From Candidatus Muiribacteriota bacterium (GTDB lineage: Bacteria; Muiribacteriota; DAOVTB01), in the NCBI GenBank assembly GCA_030633305.1, contig DAOVTB010000052.1:1-22533 (forward strand): DNA of 22,533 nt, read 5' to 3'. Under the pieces are notes generated by a model. The model saw only the letters and a program-made list of their open reading frames with translations, was not told the origin of the DNA and did no database searches. Below, in pieces: positions 7,672 through 16,383 of the stretch. Position numbers and translations under genes: made by a program. The number at the start of each line of letters is the position of its first letter. The first letter of the stretch is position 1.

Positions 7672-9279
7672 ATGAAATTTAACTTTTCTAATATTTGTAT
7701 TTATGCTGCTTTGATTCTATGCCTGTTCATCACGGGATTTGAGTCAAATGTTTTTTGTGAACCAGCAGGCAGTGATTCAAAAATTCTATCGAAAATTCAA
7801 GTGAATAGCATCAAAGTTTCAGGAAATACTGCAATATCTGATAAAGAGCTTAGAAAATTCCTTGAAAAATATGAGAATACTACAATAACCTTTGAAGAAC
7901 TTCAAAAACTCAGGCATGATCTTACTGCTTTCTATATTTCCAAAGGGTATATCAATTCAGGAGTAATCATACCTGATCAAAAATTAGAAAATGGTAACAT
8001 CGTTCTGAAAGTAATAGAAGGTAAATTAACTGGTGTTGAAGTTAAAAATAATAAACACTTCAGATCATCATATATATCCCGAAGACTGCAAAGTGTTGCT
8101 GGCCCGCCACTTAATCTGAATAAAATTCAGTTAATGCTCCTTAGGCTTCAGCAACATCAGGGTATAAAAAGAATAAATGCAAAAATGAGTCCCGGAATAA
8201 AACCTGGTGACGGAATACTAAATGTAAAAATAACTGAAAATAATCCATTTTCAATTGGGATCAGGTTCAGTAATGATCGTCCTCCAAGCGTTGGAGAAAA
8301 CAGAGCCGAGATTACTTTAAATCACATTAATGTAACAGGTCACGGAGATGCTCTTTACACAAAATTTGGGATAACACGCGGAATGGATGATTATGACATC
8401 AGCTATCATTACCCGATCAATGCAAAAGATACTATTTTTAAAGTTCAGTATAGAAAAAGTGATAGTACAGTTATTGAAGGATTATTCAAACCTCTGGATA
8501 TTGACAGCGCATCTGAAACAATAGGCATTGGTTTTCAACATCCATTAAAATGGTCACCAAATCAGGAATTTACTCTTGGACTTGTCGGCGAGCACCGAAA
8601 CAATAAAACATTTTTACTAGGAAGACCTTTTTCGTTTTCGCTTGGAGCAGAAGATGGGAAAACGAGAGTTTCAGTAATTCGATTTTCACAGGAATGGATG
8701 AAAAGATGCAGCCTGCAGGTTGCAGCAGCAAAATCAATATTTAATTTTGGTATAACTGCATATGGTGCAACTTCAAATGTTTATGATGTTGACAGCCAGT
8801 TTTTCTCCTGGCAGGGACAGTATCAGCTAGTAAGAAGACTTGGAAGTAAAGGTACTCAGATGATCTTTAAAACCAATGCTCAGATAACAAGCGATATGCT
8901 ACTTCCTCTTGAAAAATTTTCAGTAGGTGGTACAAATACAGTAAGGGGTTATCGTGAAAACCTGTATGTAAGGGACAACGGAGTAATAGGGTCACTTGAA
9001 TTCAGAATTCCATTAAAAAAATGTAAACATTGTTCAATACAATGGGCTCCATTTTTAGATTACGGAAAAGCCTGGGATACACGTTCTGAAAGTCCTGGAA
9101 GTCTATTAAGTTTGGGCATGGGTTTACGCTGGTCTATTGGAAAAATCGGTGAATATATCTTTAAACACCCGAAACTTATAAATATCTATTACGGCTATGA
9201 TCTAAAAAATATACCGAGTACCGGCGAGGAACTTCAGGATAAAGGGATTCATATTGAATTCTCTACAATGCTATTCTAA
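7672..9279 (+). CDS. ShlB/FhaC/HecB-family two-partner-secretion transporter (TpsB-like, POTRA + Omp85-type beta-barrel)
   Basis: Signal peptide, POTRA signature (IKVSGNTAISDKELRKFLEKY...LRHDLTAFYISKGYINSGVIIPDQKLENGNIVLKVIEGKL), long beta-rich C-terminal region ending in an aromatic residue (…EFSTMLF). Confidence 0.8.
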   Translation: MKFNFSNICIYAALILCLFITGFESNVFCEPAGSDSKILSKIQVNSIKVSGNTAISDKELRKFLEKYENTTITFEELQKLRHDLTAFYISKGYINSGVIIPDQKLENGNIVLKVIEGKLTGVEVKNNKHFRSSYISRRLQSVAGPPLNLNKIQLMLLRLQQHQGIKRINAKMSPGIKPGDGILNVKITENNPFSIGIRFSNDRPPSVGENRAEITLNHINVTGHGDALYTKFGITRGMDDYDISYHYPINAKDTIFKVQYRKSDSTVIEGLFKPLDIDSASETIGIGFQHPLKWSPNQEFTLGLVGEHRNNKTFLLGRPFSFSLGAEDGKTRVSVIRFSQEWMKRCSLQVAAAKSIFNFGITAYGATSNVYDVDSQFFSWQGQYQLVRRLGSKGTQMIFKTNAQITSDMLLPLEKFSVGGTNTVRGYRENLYVRDNGVIGSLEFRIPLKKCKHCSIQWAPFLDYGKAWDTRSESPGSLLSLGMGLRWSIGKIGEYIFKHPKLINIYYGYDLKNIPSTGEELQDKGIHIEFSTMLF

Positions 9280-11099
9280 TCTTTCAAAAAGTAGACATCC
9301 ATTCCGCAGTCTCCGCATTTGAAGACTAATCTAAAACGATTTCCATCTTCGTCCTTTAAAATCATATCACTGTTTTTTATTCTTTTCCCATTACAAAACT
9401 CTAGTTCTTTTAATATGCAATATTGGGTATTCATCAAAAGCAAATCTACTTTTCCAGAAATTTTCTCAATAGATGGCTCTATTTCAGTTATTCCATATTT
9501 TCTATAAAAGGCCTCTGCCCTTGAATTCATAACATTATCTTTATAATCAATACTTTTCTTGAAATAATCAGTTGTACATGCTTTCTGATTAAAAAAATGT
9601 CTGTGAATCCTTAGTCTTTTAATTTTTCTTTCCTTGATCAATTCTTCAATAAAATCTCTCCTGATTTTATTCAAAAGGGATAATGGAATAAACAATATCG
9701 GATCCAACAAAATATCGATTTTCTGGCAACTGAATATAGTTTCACCAAGTTTACCAAAACATTTATTGATATTTTTTTTCATTTCAAGATTATTTTTTGC
9801 AAGCTCTTTTTTTAAATCTACTTTTATTACTGCTCTAATCTGATCTTCATCTAATCCCTCAACTGTAATTCCAGTTTCTGTTTCACTTATCTTAATTGTA
9901 AGACTTATTCTTCTTTTTGACGGAACCTTTTCCAATAATTTTATAAATTTACTATCATAATTCCGAAATATCTCAGTTCCAATTTTTATCCCATCCATTC
10001 GTTCAGGATAAATTTTTGTGTCCATCTTCTTTATAATCTGCGTTCCACTTAAAACATTTTTATCATTCAAAAAACATATTCCATCTGAAACAGTAATATC
10101 TGTTACAGATTCAAGAATAAAACTTTCAATGTCCAGCTTTGATACTTTTCCCATAGGCTCGCCTGTAGATTTAGGCGAAAATATAGAAGCACACGATTCT
10201 GGTTTTCCATTTACACAGTATTTGGTATAACCCCGGTTAAACGTTTTTAAAGGGTTAGGCTTAAAACCTGGCGTCACAGATCCGGACGAACTTCTGTTAA
10301 ATCTAATATCTTCCTCAAGTTTTTTTAAAATATCATCATAATATGCAGTTATATTGGTTACATAAGGTATATTTTTCAATCTACCCTCGATTTTAAATGA
10401 GCTGATACCTGCATTTAGTAAATCTCCCATCTGAGATGAAAGATTGAGATCTTTTAATGATAATAAATATGCATTTTTTGAAACAGGATTGTTCTGCATA
10501 TCCAGCAGAGTGTATTTTTTTCGACACGGCTGAGCACACTGACCTCTGTTTCCACTTCTGCCTCCAAGCCCATAACTCATGTAACAATTTCCGCTAACTC
10601 CTACACAAAGAGCACCATGAACAAAATATTCAAGCTCTATATCTGTATTTTTACTTATATGATTTATTTCATCAAGAGAGAGTTCACGTGGAAGTATTAC
10701 CCGACTGAAACCTACCTTTTCCAGAAATTTGACTTTTTCAACGGAAGAACAATTCATCTGTGTACTTGCAATAAACGAAATGCTAGGAATATCAAGTTCC
10801 AGCAATCCCAAATCCTGTATAATTACAGCGTCGACATCATATTTGTATAAGCGATTAATTAATTTTTCCGCATCTAGCAATTCATGATCATAAAGCAATG
10901 TATTAAGCGTCACATAAACTCTTGCATAGTATTGATGAGCAAATTCACATAATCTCTGGATATCTGTGATATTGTTTCCTGCAGACTCCCGCGCTCCAAA
11001 CTTTTTTGCTCCAATATAAACCGCATCAGCACCACTTTTTATAGCTGCGATTCCTGTATCAGCGTCCTTTGCTGGAGATAATAATTCTATTTTATTCAT
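9276..11099 (-). CDS. Peptidase U32 family protein (collagenase-like/YegQ–RlhA type) with C-terminal extension
   Basis: U32 signature EYFVHGALCVGVSGNCYMSYGLGGRSGNRGQCAQPCR. 607 aa. 4-bp convergent overlap with the TpsB gene. Confidence 0.85.
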   Translation of the reverse strand: MNKIELLSPAKDADTGIAAIKSGADAVYIGAKKFGARESAGNNITDIQRLCEFAHQYYARVYVTLNTLLYDHELLDAEKLINRLYKYDVDAVIIQDLGLLELDIPSISFIASTQMNCSSVEKVKFLEKVGFSRVILPRELSLDEINHISKNTDIELEYFVHGALCVGVSGNCYMSYGLGGRSGNRGQCAQPCRKKYTLLDMQNNPVSKNAYLLSLKDLNLSSQMGDLLNAGISSFKIEGRLKNIPYVTNITAYYDDILKKLEEDIRFNRSSSGSVTPGFKPNPLKTFNRGYTKYCVNGKPESCASIFSPKSTGEPMGKVSKLDIESFILESVTDITVSDGICFLNDKNVLSGTQIIKKMDTKIYPERMDGIKIGTEIFRNYDSKFIKLLEKVPSKRRISLTIKISETETGITVEGLDEDQIRAVIKVDLKKELAKNNLEMKKNINKCFGKLGETIFSCQKIDILLDPILFIPLSLLNKIRRDFIEELIKERKIKRLRIHRHFFNQKACTTDYFKKSIDYKDNVMNSRAEAFYRKYGITEIEPSIEKISGKVDLLLMNTQYCILKELEFCNGKRIKNSDMILKDEDGNRFRLVFKCGDCGMDVYFLKD

Positions 11100-11113
11100 T
11101 ATATTTACCAGTT

Positions 11114-12328
11114 TTACTGTAATTTTGCAGCAATAAAAGCTGTTGTCCAGGCGGCTTGTAAATTGTAACCTCCTGTTATTCCATCAATATCTAATAATTC
11201 TCCAGCAAAATACAGATTTTCACAAACCCTGCTCTGCATAGTTTCAATATCAATGCTTTTAAGGCTTACACCCCCGCAAGTAACAAACTCATCTCTAAAA
11301 GTCGTTTTTCCGCGAACCAAATAAACATCGCTGGTTAATATATTAATCAATTTATTCAGCCCCTTTTTACCAAGTTCATTCCATTTTTTCTTATCATCTA
11401 ACCCAACTTTTTCAAGTAAATACAACCATAATCTTTCTGGTAACTGATAAGGTCTATAATTTGACAGAAATTTATTTGGGTATTCGTTTACAATACGATT
11501 CAAAGTGTCAGATACAGCATCATGATTTTGTACATTAACCCAATTAACCTGAATACTAAAATCATATTTTTTTTCTTTCAATAATACTGCACCAAAGGAA
11601 GATAGTTGCAATATAACCGGTCCGCTCATTCCCCAATGCGTTACAAGCAATGCCCCTTCTGATTTAAACTTTGTTCCGATTATTTTTACAAAAGTTTTTT
11701 CAACAACAATTCCCATCATTTCAGTAATAGATTCAGTCGGCATATTGAATGTAAACAAAGAAGGTACGGGATCTTCAATCTTATGACCCAGTTTTTCATA
11801 ACACTCCAGATCCTTTCTTTTAGGAGACCCTCCGGTTGCAACAATTACCTTATCAAAACTTCTTGATTTTTTTTTATCATCTTTAAAATTCAATACCAGC
11901 TTTTCACCATCTCTTTTAATGGATTTCAGGTCCATATTCAACTCAATCCTGATATTTAATTTTTTTGTTTGATCAAAAAAACATTCAACAATGCTTTTTG
12001 AACTCTGAGATTCAGGGAAAACACAGTTATCATCCTGAATAATCAATGGAACACCTCTGGATTCAAACCACTCAATAGTATGTTTGTTGTTAAAGATACG
12101 GAAAACTTTTTTTAAAGTTTTTCCTCCTCGAGGATAAGCTTCAACAAGTTTTTTTATTGTTTCGCAAGCATTTGTTAAATTACAGCGTCCGCCGCCGGAA
12201 ATCTTTACTTTGCTCAAAAGATTTTTTGATTTTTCAAAAATTACAACCCTGGCATCTGGATAATTTTCTTTAACAGCGATTGCCGAAAAGAAACCTGCAG
12301 CTCCACCACCAATTATTGCAACTTCCAT
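11114..12328 (-). CDS. HI0933/BaiN-family FAD-dependent oxidoreductase (aminoacetone-oxidase-like flavoprotein)
   Basis: N-terminal Rossmann GxGxxG (VAIIGGGAAGFFSA), GGGRCNLTN motif, C-terminal CGGVSLKSID...GELLDIDGITGGYNLQ typical of this family. Confidence 0.8.
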   Translation of the reverse strand: MEVAIIGGGAAGFFSAIAVKENYPDARVVIFEKSKNLLSKVKISGGGRCNLTNACETIKKLVEAYPRGGKTLKKVFRIFNNKHTIEWFESRGVPLIIQDDNCVFPESQSSKSIVECFFDQTKKLNIRIELNMDLKSIKRDGEKLVLNFKDDKKKSRSFDKVIVATGGSPKRKDLECYEKLGHKIEDPVPSLFTFNMPTESITEMMGIVVEKTFVKIIGTKFKSEGALLVTHWGMSGPVILQLSSFGAVLLKEKKYDFSIQVNWVNVQNHDAVSDTLNRIVNEYPNKFLSNYRPYQLPERLWLYLLEKVGLDDKKKWNELGKKGLNKLINILTSDVYLVRGKTTFRDEFVTCGGVSLKSIDIETMQSRVCENLYFAGELLDIDGITGGYNLQAAWTTAFIAAKLQ

Positions 12329-12330
12329 AA

Positions 12331-13476
12331 TTATTTTGATAGTGAATAAGTCAGATAAGCTTCTATAAAATCATCCAGATTCCCATCCATAACAGACTGT
12401 ACATTTCCAGTTTCATGAGCAGTACGTAAATCTTTAATCATATTATACGGATGAAAAACATATGAACGGATTTGATGACCCCAGCCAATTTCAGTTTTTT
12501 CACCCTTGATCTTTTCAAATTCAGCTTCTTTTTCTGCACGAAGCTGTTCGTAGAGTTTAGAACGTAAAATCTTCATTGCAGTTTCTTTGTTTTGATGCTG
12601 ACTGCGTTCGTTCTGACAACTTACAACAGTTCCTGTAGGGAGATGTGTTATCCTTACAGCTGAATCGGTCACATTTACATGTTGCCCTCCGGCACCACTT
12701 GCACGAAAAGTATCTATTCTGAGATCACCTTCAGAAATATCTATTTCAATATCATCATCAATTTCCGGATAAACTTCCACACTTGCAAAAGAAGTATGAC
12801 GCCTTTTATTGGAGTCAAATGGAGAAATCCTGACTAGACGATGAATACCTCTTTCCCCTTTTAAACGGCCGAAGGTATAATCACCTTGAATATATAATGT
12901 CACATTCTTTATCCCTGCTACATCTCCTGGAAGCAATTCAATAGTCTTGTATGGGAAACCTTTTAATTCAAACCATCTGGTATACATCCTGAGAAGCATA
13001 TTTGCCCAGTCACAGGATTCTGTTCCTCCTGCACCTGGATGTATATTGATATATGCATTAAACGTATCAAATTCATCACTTAATAATGTTTTTATCTTAT
13101 AATCTTTGAAAAGCCTTTCAACTTTTTTTGAGCCAGTACATAATTCCTTAAACAGACCTTCATCTTCGTCTTCCTGAAGAAGTTCAATCGTTGCACCCAT
13201 ATCTTCAAATCTATCCCTGAGGTCTTCCCATTCAGCTATTTTATTTTTTATAAATTTTATTTTTTTGTTTACTCTTTCAATTTCTTTTTTATTTTTAGAC
13301 CAGAACTCGCTCTTCGCTGTTTCAGCTTCCAGCTCTGAACGTTCACTTTCTAATTCATCCAGTTTCAAATGTTTACTTAAATCTTCAAATTCTTCATGTG
13401 TCTTCCCAAGAGACCTGGTAATGTCGCCCAGTCTATCCTTATCCATCCTGATTTCTCCAAAATTCATTTTCCTCAT
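12331..13476 (-). CDS. prfB: Peptide chain release factor 2
   Basis: RF2 motifs SPFDSNKRRHTSFASVEVYP and GGQ (RASGAGGQHVNVTDSAVRITHLPTG). Track ORF starts at a TTG at 13515. ATGs at 13476 (MRK...) or 13467 (MNFGEI...) are more plausible starts, and I cannot tell which is used. The reading frame is continuous and no CTTTGAC shifty site is present, so no programmed +1 frameshift. Confidence 0.8.
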   Translation of the reverse strand: MRKMNFGEIRMDKDRLGDITRSLGKTHEEFEDLSKHLKLDELESERSELEAETAKSEFWSKNKKEIERVNKKIKFIKNKIAEWEDLRDRFEDMGATIELLQEDEDEGLFKELCTGSKKVERLFKDYKIKTLLSDEFDTFNAYINIHPGAGGTESCDWANMLLRMYTRWFELKGFPYKTIELLPGDVAGIKNVTLYIQGDYTFGRLKGERGIHRLVRISPFDSNKRRHTSFASVEVYPEIDDDIEIDISEGDLRIDTFRASGAGGQHVNVTDSAVRITHLPTGTVVSCQNERSQHQNKETAMKILRSKLYEQLRAEKEAEFEKIKGEKTEIGWGHQIRSYVFHPYNMIKDLRTAHETGNVQSVMDGNLDDFIEAYLTYSLSK

Positions 13477-13619
13477 AATAACATATTTGATGGGATATTT
13501 AAACCTTGTTATCAAGGAGGTTTCCCGGAAAGGAACAGACTTCTTCTGAACAGGTCTAAATAAACCTGATTTTATGCCGATAAATACTATAGATAATAGT
13601 ATTCAAAAGGAGCATTAAC

Positions 13620-14459
13620 ATGATAGAAACTTACAATAATTCTTATGCAGCAATGAATGCCCCACTTGCCACAGAAACTCAGTTAGGAAACACTCATCTT
13701 CCATTCCATGCGGGTTCTGAAATAAATGGCGATACTTCATCAAATGTCAAAAGTTTCAATGATCTACTTTCAGAACAAAGTATTGAATTAGAAACAACTG
13801 ACGTTGCACCAGCTTCGTTGGATTTGACTCAGGATTCGTTAAACATTCTTAAGCTTAGAGGTCTTTCAACACAACAGATCAATGATTTTGCCGATTTACT
13901 TGGCAGATCACATCAAAAGATTGATAATGGCAGTTCTGCAAAAAATGTCTTATCAGAAATGACTCGTGATGAACTTAAACTTATACAAAAAGCGACTTGC
14001 TTAGCTGAACATATCAAGGTCAATGTTCTCAGCGCTGAAGGTGCTCAAAATTTATTGGCACAGCCAGATAGAAGCAATATGGTAGACATCGGAAATGATG
14101 GAATAGTTGAAGTCGGCGCAGCGCGAACAATATCTTTTCCACCAGTTAATGCCCCAGATTCTGTAAAAATTGCCTGGGAAACAGCCACTGAAGGAATGTC
14201 GTTTGCTGATAAAGCAATCTTTGAACTGCAGATGCATCTTCATGTTTATGGCATAGACATACCCGGCATTCCAAAAAAAACACCTTTATCGCCAGACCAG
14301 CAATGGTCGAAACAGGGACAGATGGATTTAATAGAACAAGCCCGTTCAGCATTAAAGTTCGCAGTAAGCCGTGATGGGTGGACCAGTAGACATCTACTTG
14401 AACGAGATTTTTACAATGATTTTGAAAAGGCACTTTCTACCTCAACTCAAAATACTTGA
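13620..14459 (+). CDS. Hypothetical protein, no recognisable domain, no signal peptide
   Basis: 279-aa ORF with coding-like composition, slightly G+C-richer than its neighbours. I recognise no conserved motifs. Confidence 0.5.
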   Translation: MIETYNNSYAAMNAPLATETQLGNTHLPFHAGSEINGDTSSNVKSFNDLLSEQSIELETTDVAPASLDLTQDSLNILKLRGLSTQQINDFADLLGRSHQKIDNGSSAKNVLSEMTRDELKLIQKATCLAEHIKVNVLSAEGAQNLLAQPDRSNMVDIGNDGIVEVGAARTISFPPVNAPDSVKIAWETATEGMSFADKAIFELQMHLHVYGIDIPGIPKKTPLSPDQQWSKQGQMDLIEQARSALKFAVSRDGWTSRHLLERDFYNDFEKALSTSTQNT

Positions 14460-14555
14460 TTTTCATCTTCTTAAAACAAATGAACCACAATAATTAATAT
14501 TTGATTATTTCCAAACAATATCTTATGATTAATATTGAAATTGAGGAGATTAAAT

Positions 14556-15140
14556 ATGAGACTAAAATATAATTCACCAGTAATATTAACTTATACGTTC
14601 ATCTGTGTTGGAATTCTTGGCATCCGCTATATGATGGGAGAAGAAGCTGGTAAAAACTTCATGTTGACTTATTTTTCTGCACCTGCAAAATCTCAGTTTT
14701 CTCTTACTAGTCCTCTTTTTTATTTCAGGCTGATTTCCCACGCTCTCGGACATGCAAACTGGGCACATTTCTTTGGAAATTTTTCATTTATACTCCTGAT
14801 TGGTCCAATGCTCGAAGAAAAATATGGATCAACAGTTTTATTAGAGATGATACTTATCACTGCTTTTATCACCGGGTTGCTGAATTCTATTTTTTTCTCA
14901 AACCTTATTCTTGGAGCAAGTGGAATTGTATTCATGCTCATACTGCTGAGTTCATTTACAAATTTCAAATCAGGTGATATTCCATTAACCCTGCTTTTAA
15001 TAGTCATAATGTATCTTGCAAAAGAATTCATCAATTCTTTTGCCGATGATAGAGTTTCTCAATATGGACATATCATGGGTGGACTGATAGGTGCAGGATT
15101 CGGATTTTTGATAACTGGCAATAAAGAATCCTTTAAATAA
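14556..15140 (+). CDS. Rhomboid-family intramembrane serine protease
   Basis: Six predicted TM helices. GHANWAHFFGN (TM2 H/N), GASG catalytic serine motif, YGHIMGGLIGAGFG catalytic His in the last TM. ATG at 14556 is preceded by GAGGAG at 14543–14548; the track's TTG at 14535 is less likely. Confidence 0.8.
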   Translation: MRLKYNSPVILTYTFICVGILGIRYMMGEEAGKNFMLTYFSAPAKSQFSLTSPLFYFRLISHALGHANWAHFFGNFSFILLIGPMLEEKYGSTVLLEMILITAFITGLLNSIFFSNLILGASGIVFMLILLSSFTNFKSGDIPLTLLLIVIMYLAKEFINSFADDRVSQYGHIMGGLIGAGFGFLITGNKESFK

Positions 15141-15141
15141 A

Positions 15142-15462
15142 CTAATCTTCCATAACTGATCCAAGGAAGATTTTTTTATCAAATCCTCCTCTTTTCTTCT
15201 TCTTGGTTTCTTTTATAGCGTAAACTTCATCCATATTATTTCCAGAGTCATGTACAAGACTTTCTATCACTTCCAAAATGTCTGCAATTTCACTTAATTC
15301 ATCTGAATCAAGAAATTCATTAACTTCTTCTTGAAGCTTTTTCCTTAATTCCACTCTATATTCAGATTCATCCAAAATTCTAGTCTTAAATTTTTTTCCA
15401 GCTGATTCAATTATCTCAGGAATCCTGTCTCTTATAAGTTTATTGTATGTTATTTTTTTCAT
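15142..15462 (-). CDS. MazG-like all-alpha nucleoside-triphosphate pyrophosphohydrolase (house-cleaning NTP-PPase)
   Basis: YNKLIRDRIPEIIESAGK...LQEEVNEFL...ELSEIADILEVIESL is the characteristic pattern of this small family. Probable start is ATG at 15462 (MKKITYNK), downstream of the track's TTG. Confidence 0.65.
   Translation of the reverse strand: MKKITYNKLIRDRIPEIIESAGKKFKTRILDESEYRVELRKKLQEEVNEFLDSDELSEIADILEVIESLVHDSGNNMDEVYAIKETKKKKRGGFDKKIFLGSVMED
15144..15177 (+). terminator. Rho-independent terminator for the rhomboid gene
   Basis: 8-bp stem AATCTTCC/GGAAGATT, 12-nt loop, followed by T7 run (15171–15177). Overlaps the last codons of the convergent MazG-like gene. Confidence 0.6.
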
Positions 15463-15617
15463 GTCCTGATTATACTTCTTTTTGTAATTGACTACCAATT
15501 GTTATTCTTTTGTTGTAAAATAATTATTTTGGTCTATGTATCTATATTATTTGATTTTTTAATTATTCGGTTTTATAATTAGCTGAAATCTAAAAAATCA
15601 TTACTGGAGAATTATTT

Positions 15618-16154
15618 ATGAAAAAAAATCTTTGTTTACTCGTAATAACAGTTTTTACATTAGCGTTGTTTTTTTCTATTCAGGGTTGTTGTGGATCTGA
15701 AAAAACAGTCGAAAAGAAAACTGTTGAACAAAAAATAGTCCTTTCTCTTCCCAATCCTGATAAAGCAGTTGATGCATATAAAGATGCAATATTGAATAAA
15801 GATGTTGAGAAATTTAAAGCAACAATAACAGAAGGACATCTTGATAAACTTAACGGAATTATAGAAACTATAAAGATGCAGAATAAGATTAAAGATGACA
15901 CAATAGCCTGGGATAAATTTCTTGCTAAAGAAAATTCTGAATGGAAAGAATTTATTTTAAAAAGACATCCAGTAAAAAAATCAGATGATTCACATGCCGA
16001 GATAAACTTTGATATAAAAAACCCAACAAAAAATACAAACATTCGAATCTATCTTGAACAGAAAGGAAAAAACTGGAAAATCATCGGATGCTCCAAATTT
16101 AAATCCAGTAAATATATAAAGCAGAGCACTGGATTTTTTAACAGTAAAAAATAA
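15618..16154 (+). CDS. Hypothetical lipoprotein
   Basis: Signal peptide with lipobox (LALFFSIQGCC); Lys-rich mature part. No catalytic motifs recognised. Confidence 0.55.
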   Translation: MKKNLCLLVITVFTLALFFSIQGCCGSEKTVEKKTVEQKIVLSLPNPDKAVDAYKDAILNKDVEKFKATITEGHLDKLNGIIETIKMQNKIKDDTIAWDKFLAKENSEWKEFILKRHPVKKSDDSHAEINFDIKNPTKNTNIRIYLEQKGKNWKIIGCSKFKSSKYIKQSTGFFNSKK

Positions 16155-16250
16155 CTAACCTGGATATTTCATCATTTTTTACTTTTAAACTTCGCTTTCT
16201 TTTTGTTTACAATTGTTTTTAAAATTTTTTTATTGCTTTTTAACCTTCTC

Positions 16251-16377
16251 AACCCGCATATTGCATGAGATGAAGGTTGGAATTTTCCAGTCTGGGCAAG
16301 CTGAGGCGTATTTTTATACGTCGCAAGCTTGAACTGATGCAGAAAATTTCAAGATTCGCTCATGCAATATGCGGGTT
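16251..16377. ncRNA. 127-bp element with perfect 19-bp terminal inverted repeats (AACCCGCATATTGCATGAG … CTCATGCAATATGCGGGTT); candidate panhandle structured RNA, or MITE-like repeat
   Basis: TIRs at 16251–16269 and 16359–16377 are exact reverse complements. The interior (16270–16358) is G+C-richer than surrounding DNA and holds an internal hairpin CGTAT-TTTT-ATACG (16307–16320) and a CAAGCTTG palindrome. Lies between the convergent lipoprotein and MVP-like genes. Strand of any transcript unknown. Confidence 0.4.
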
Positions 16378-16383
16378 AACTAT

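Noticed and set aside
12331-13515. Looked for the RF2 programmed frameshift (pseudogene-like interruption)
   Set aside because: The frame is uninterrupted and there is no CTTTGAC. The gene is intact, so it is not a pseudogene.
14535-14555. TTG start proposed by the ORF track for the rhomboid gene
   Set aside because: A GAGGAG Shine-Dalgarno at 14543–14548 is correctly spaced for the ATG at 14556 and would lie inside the coding region if the TTG were used.
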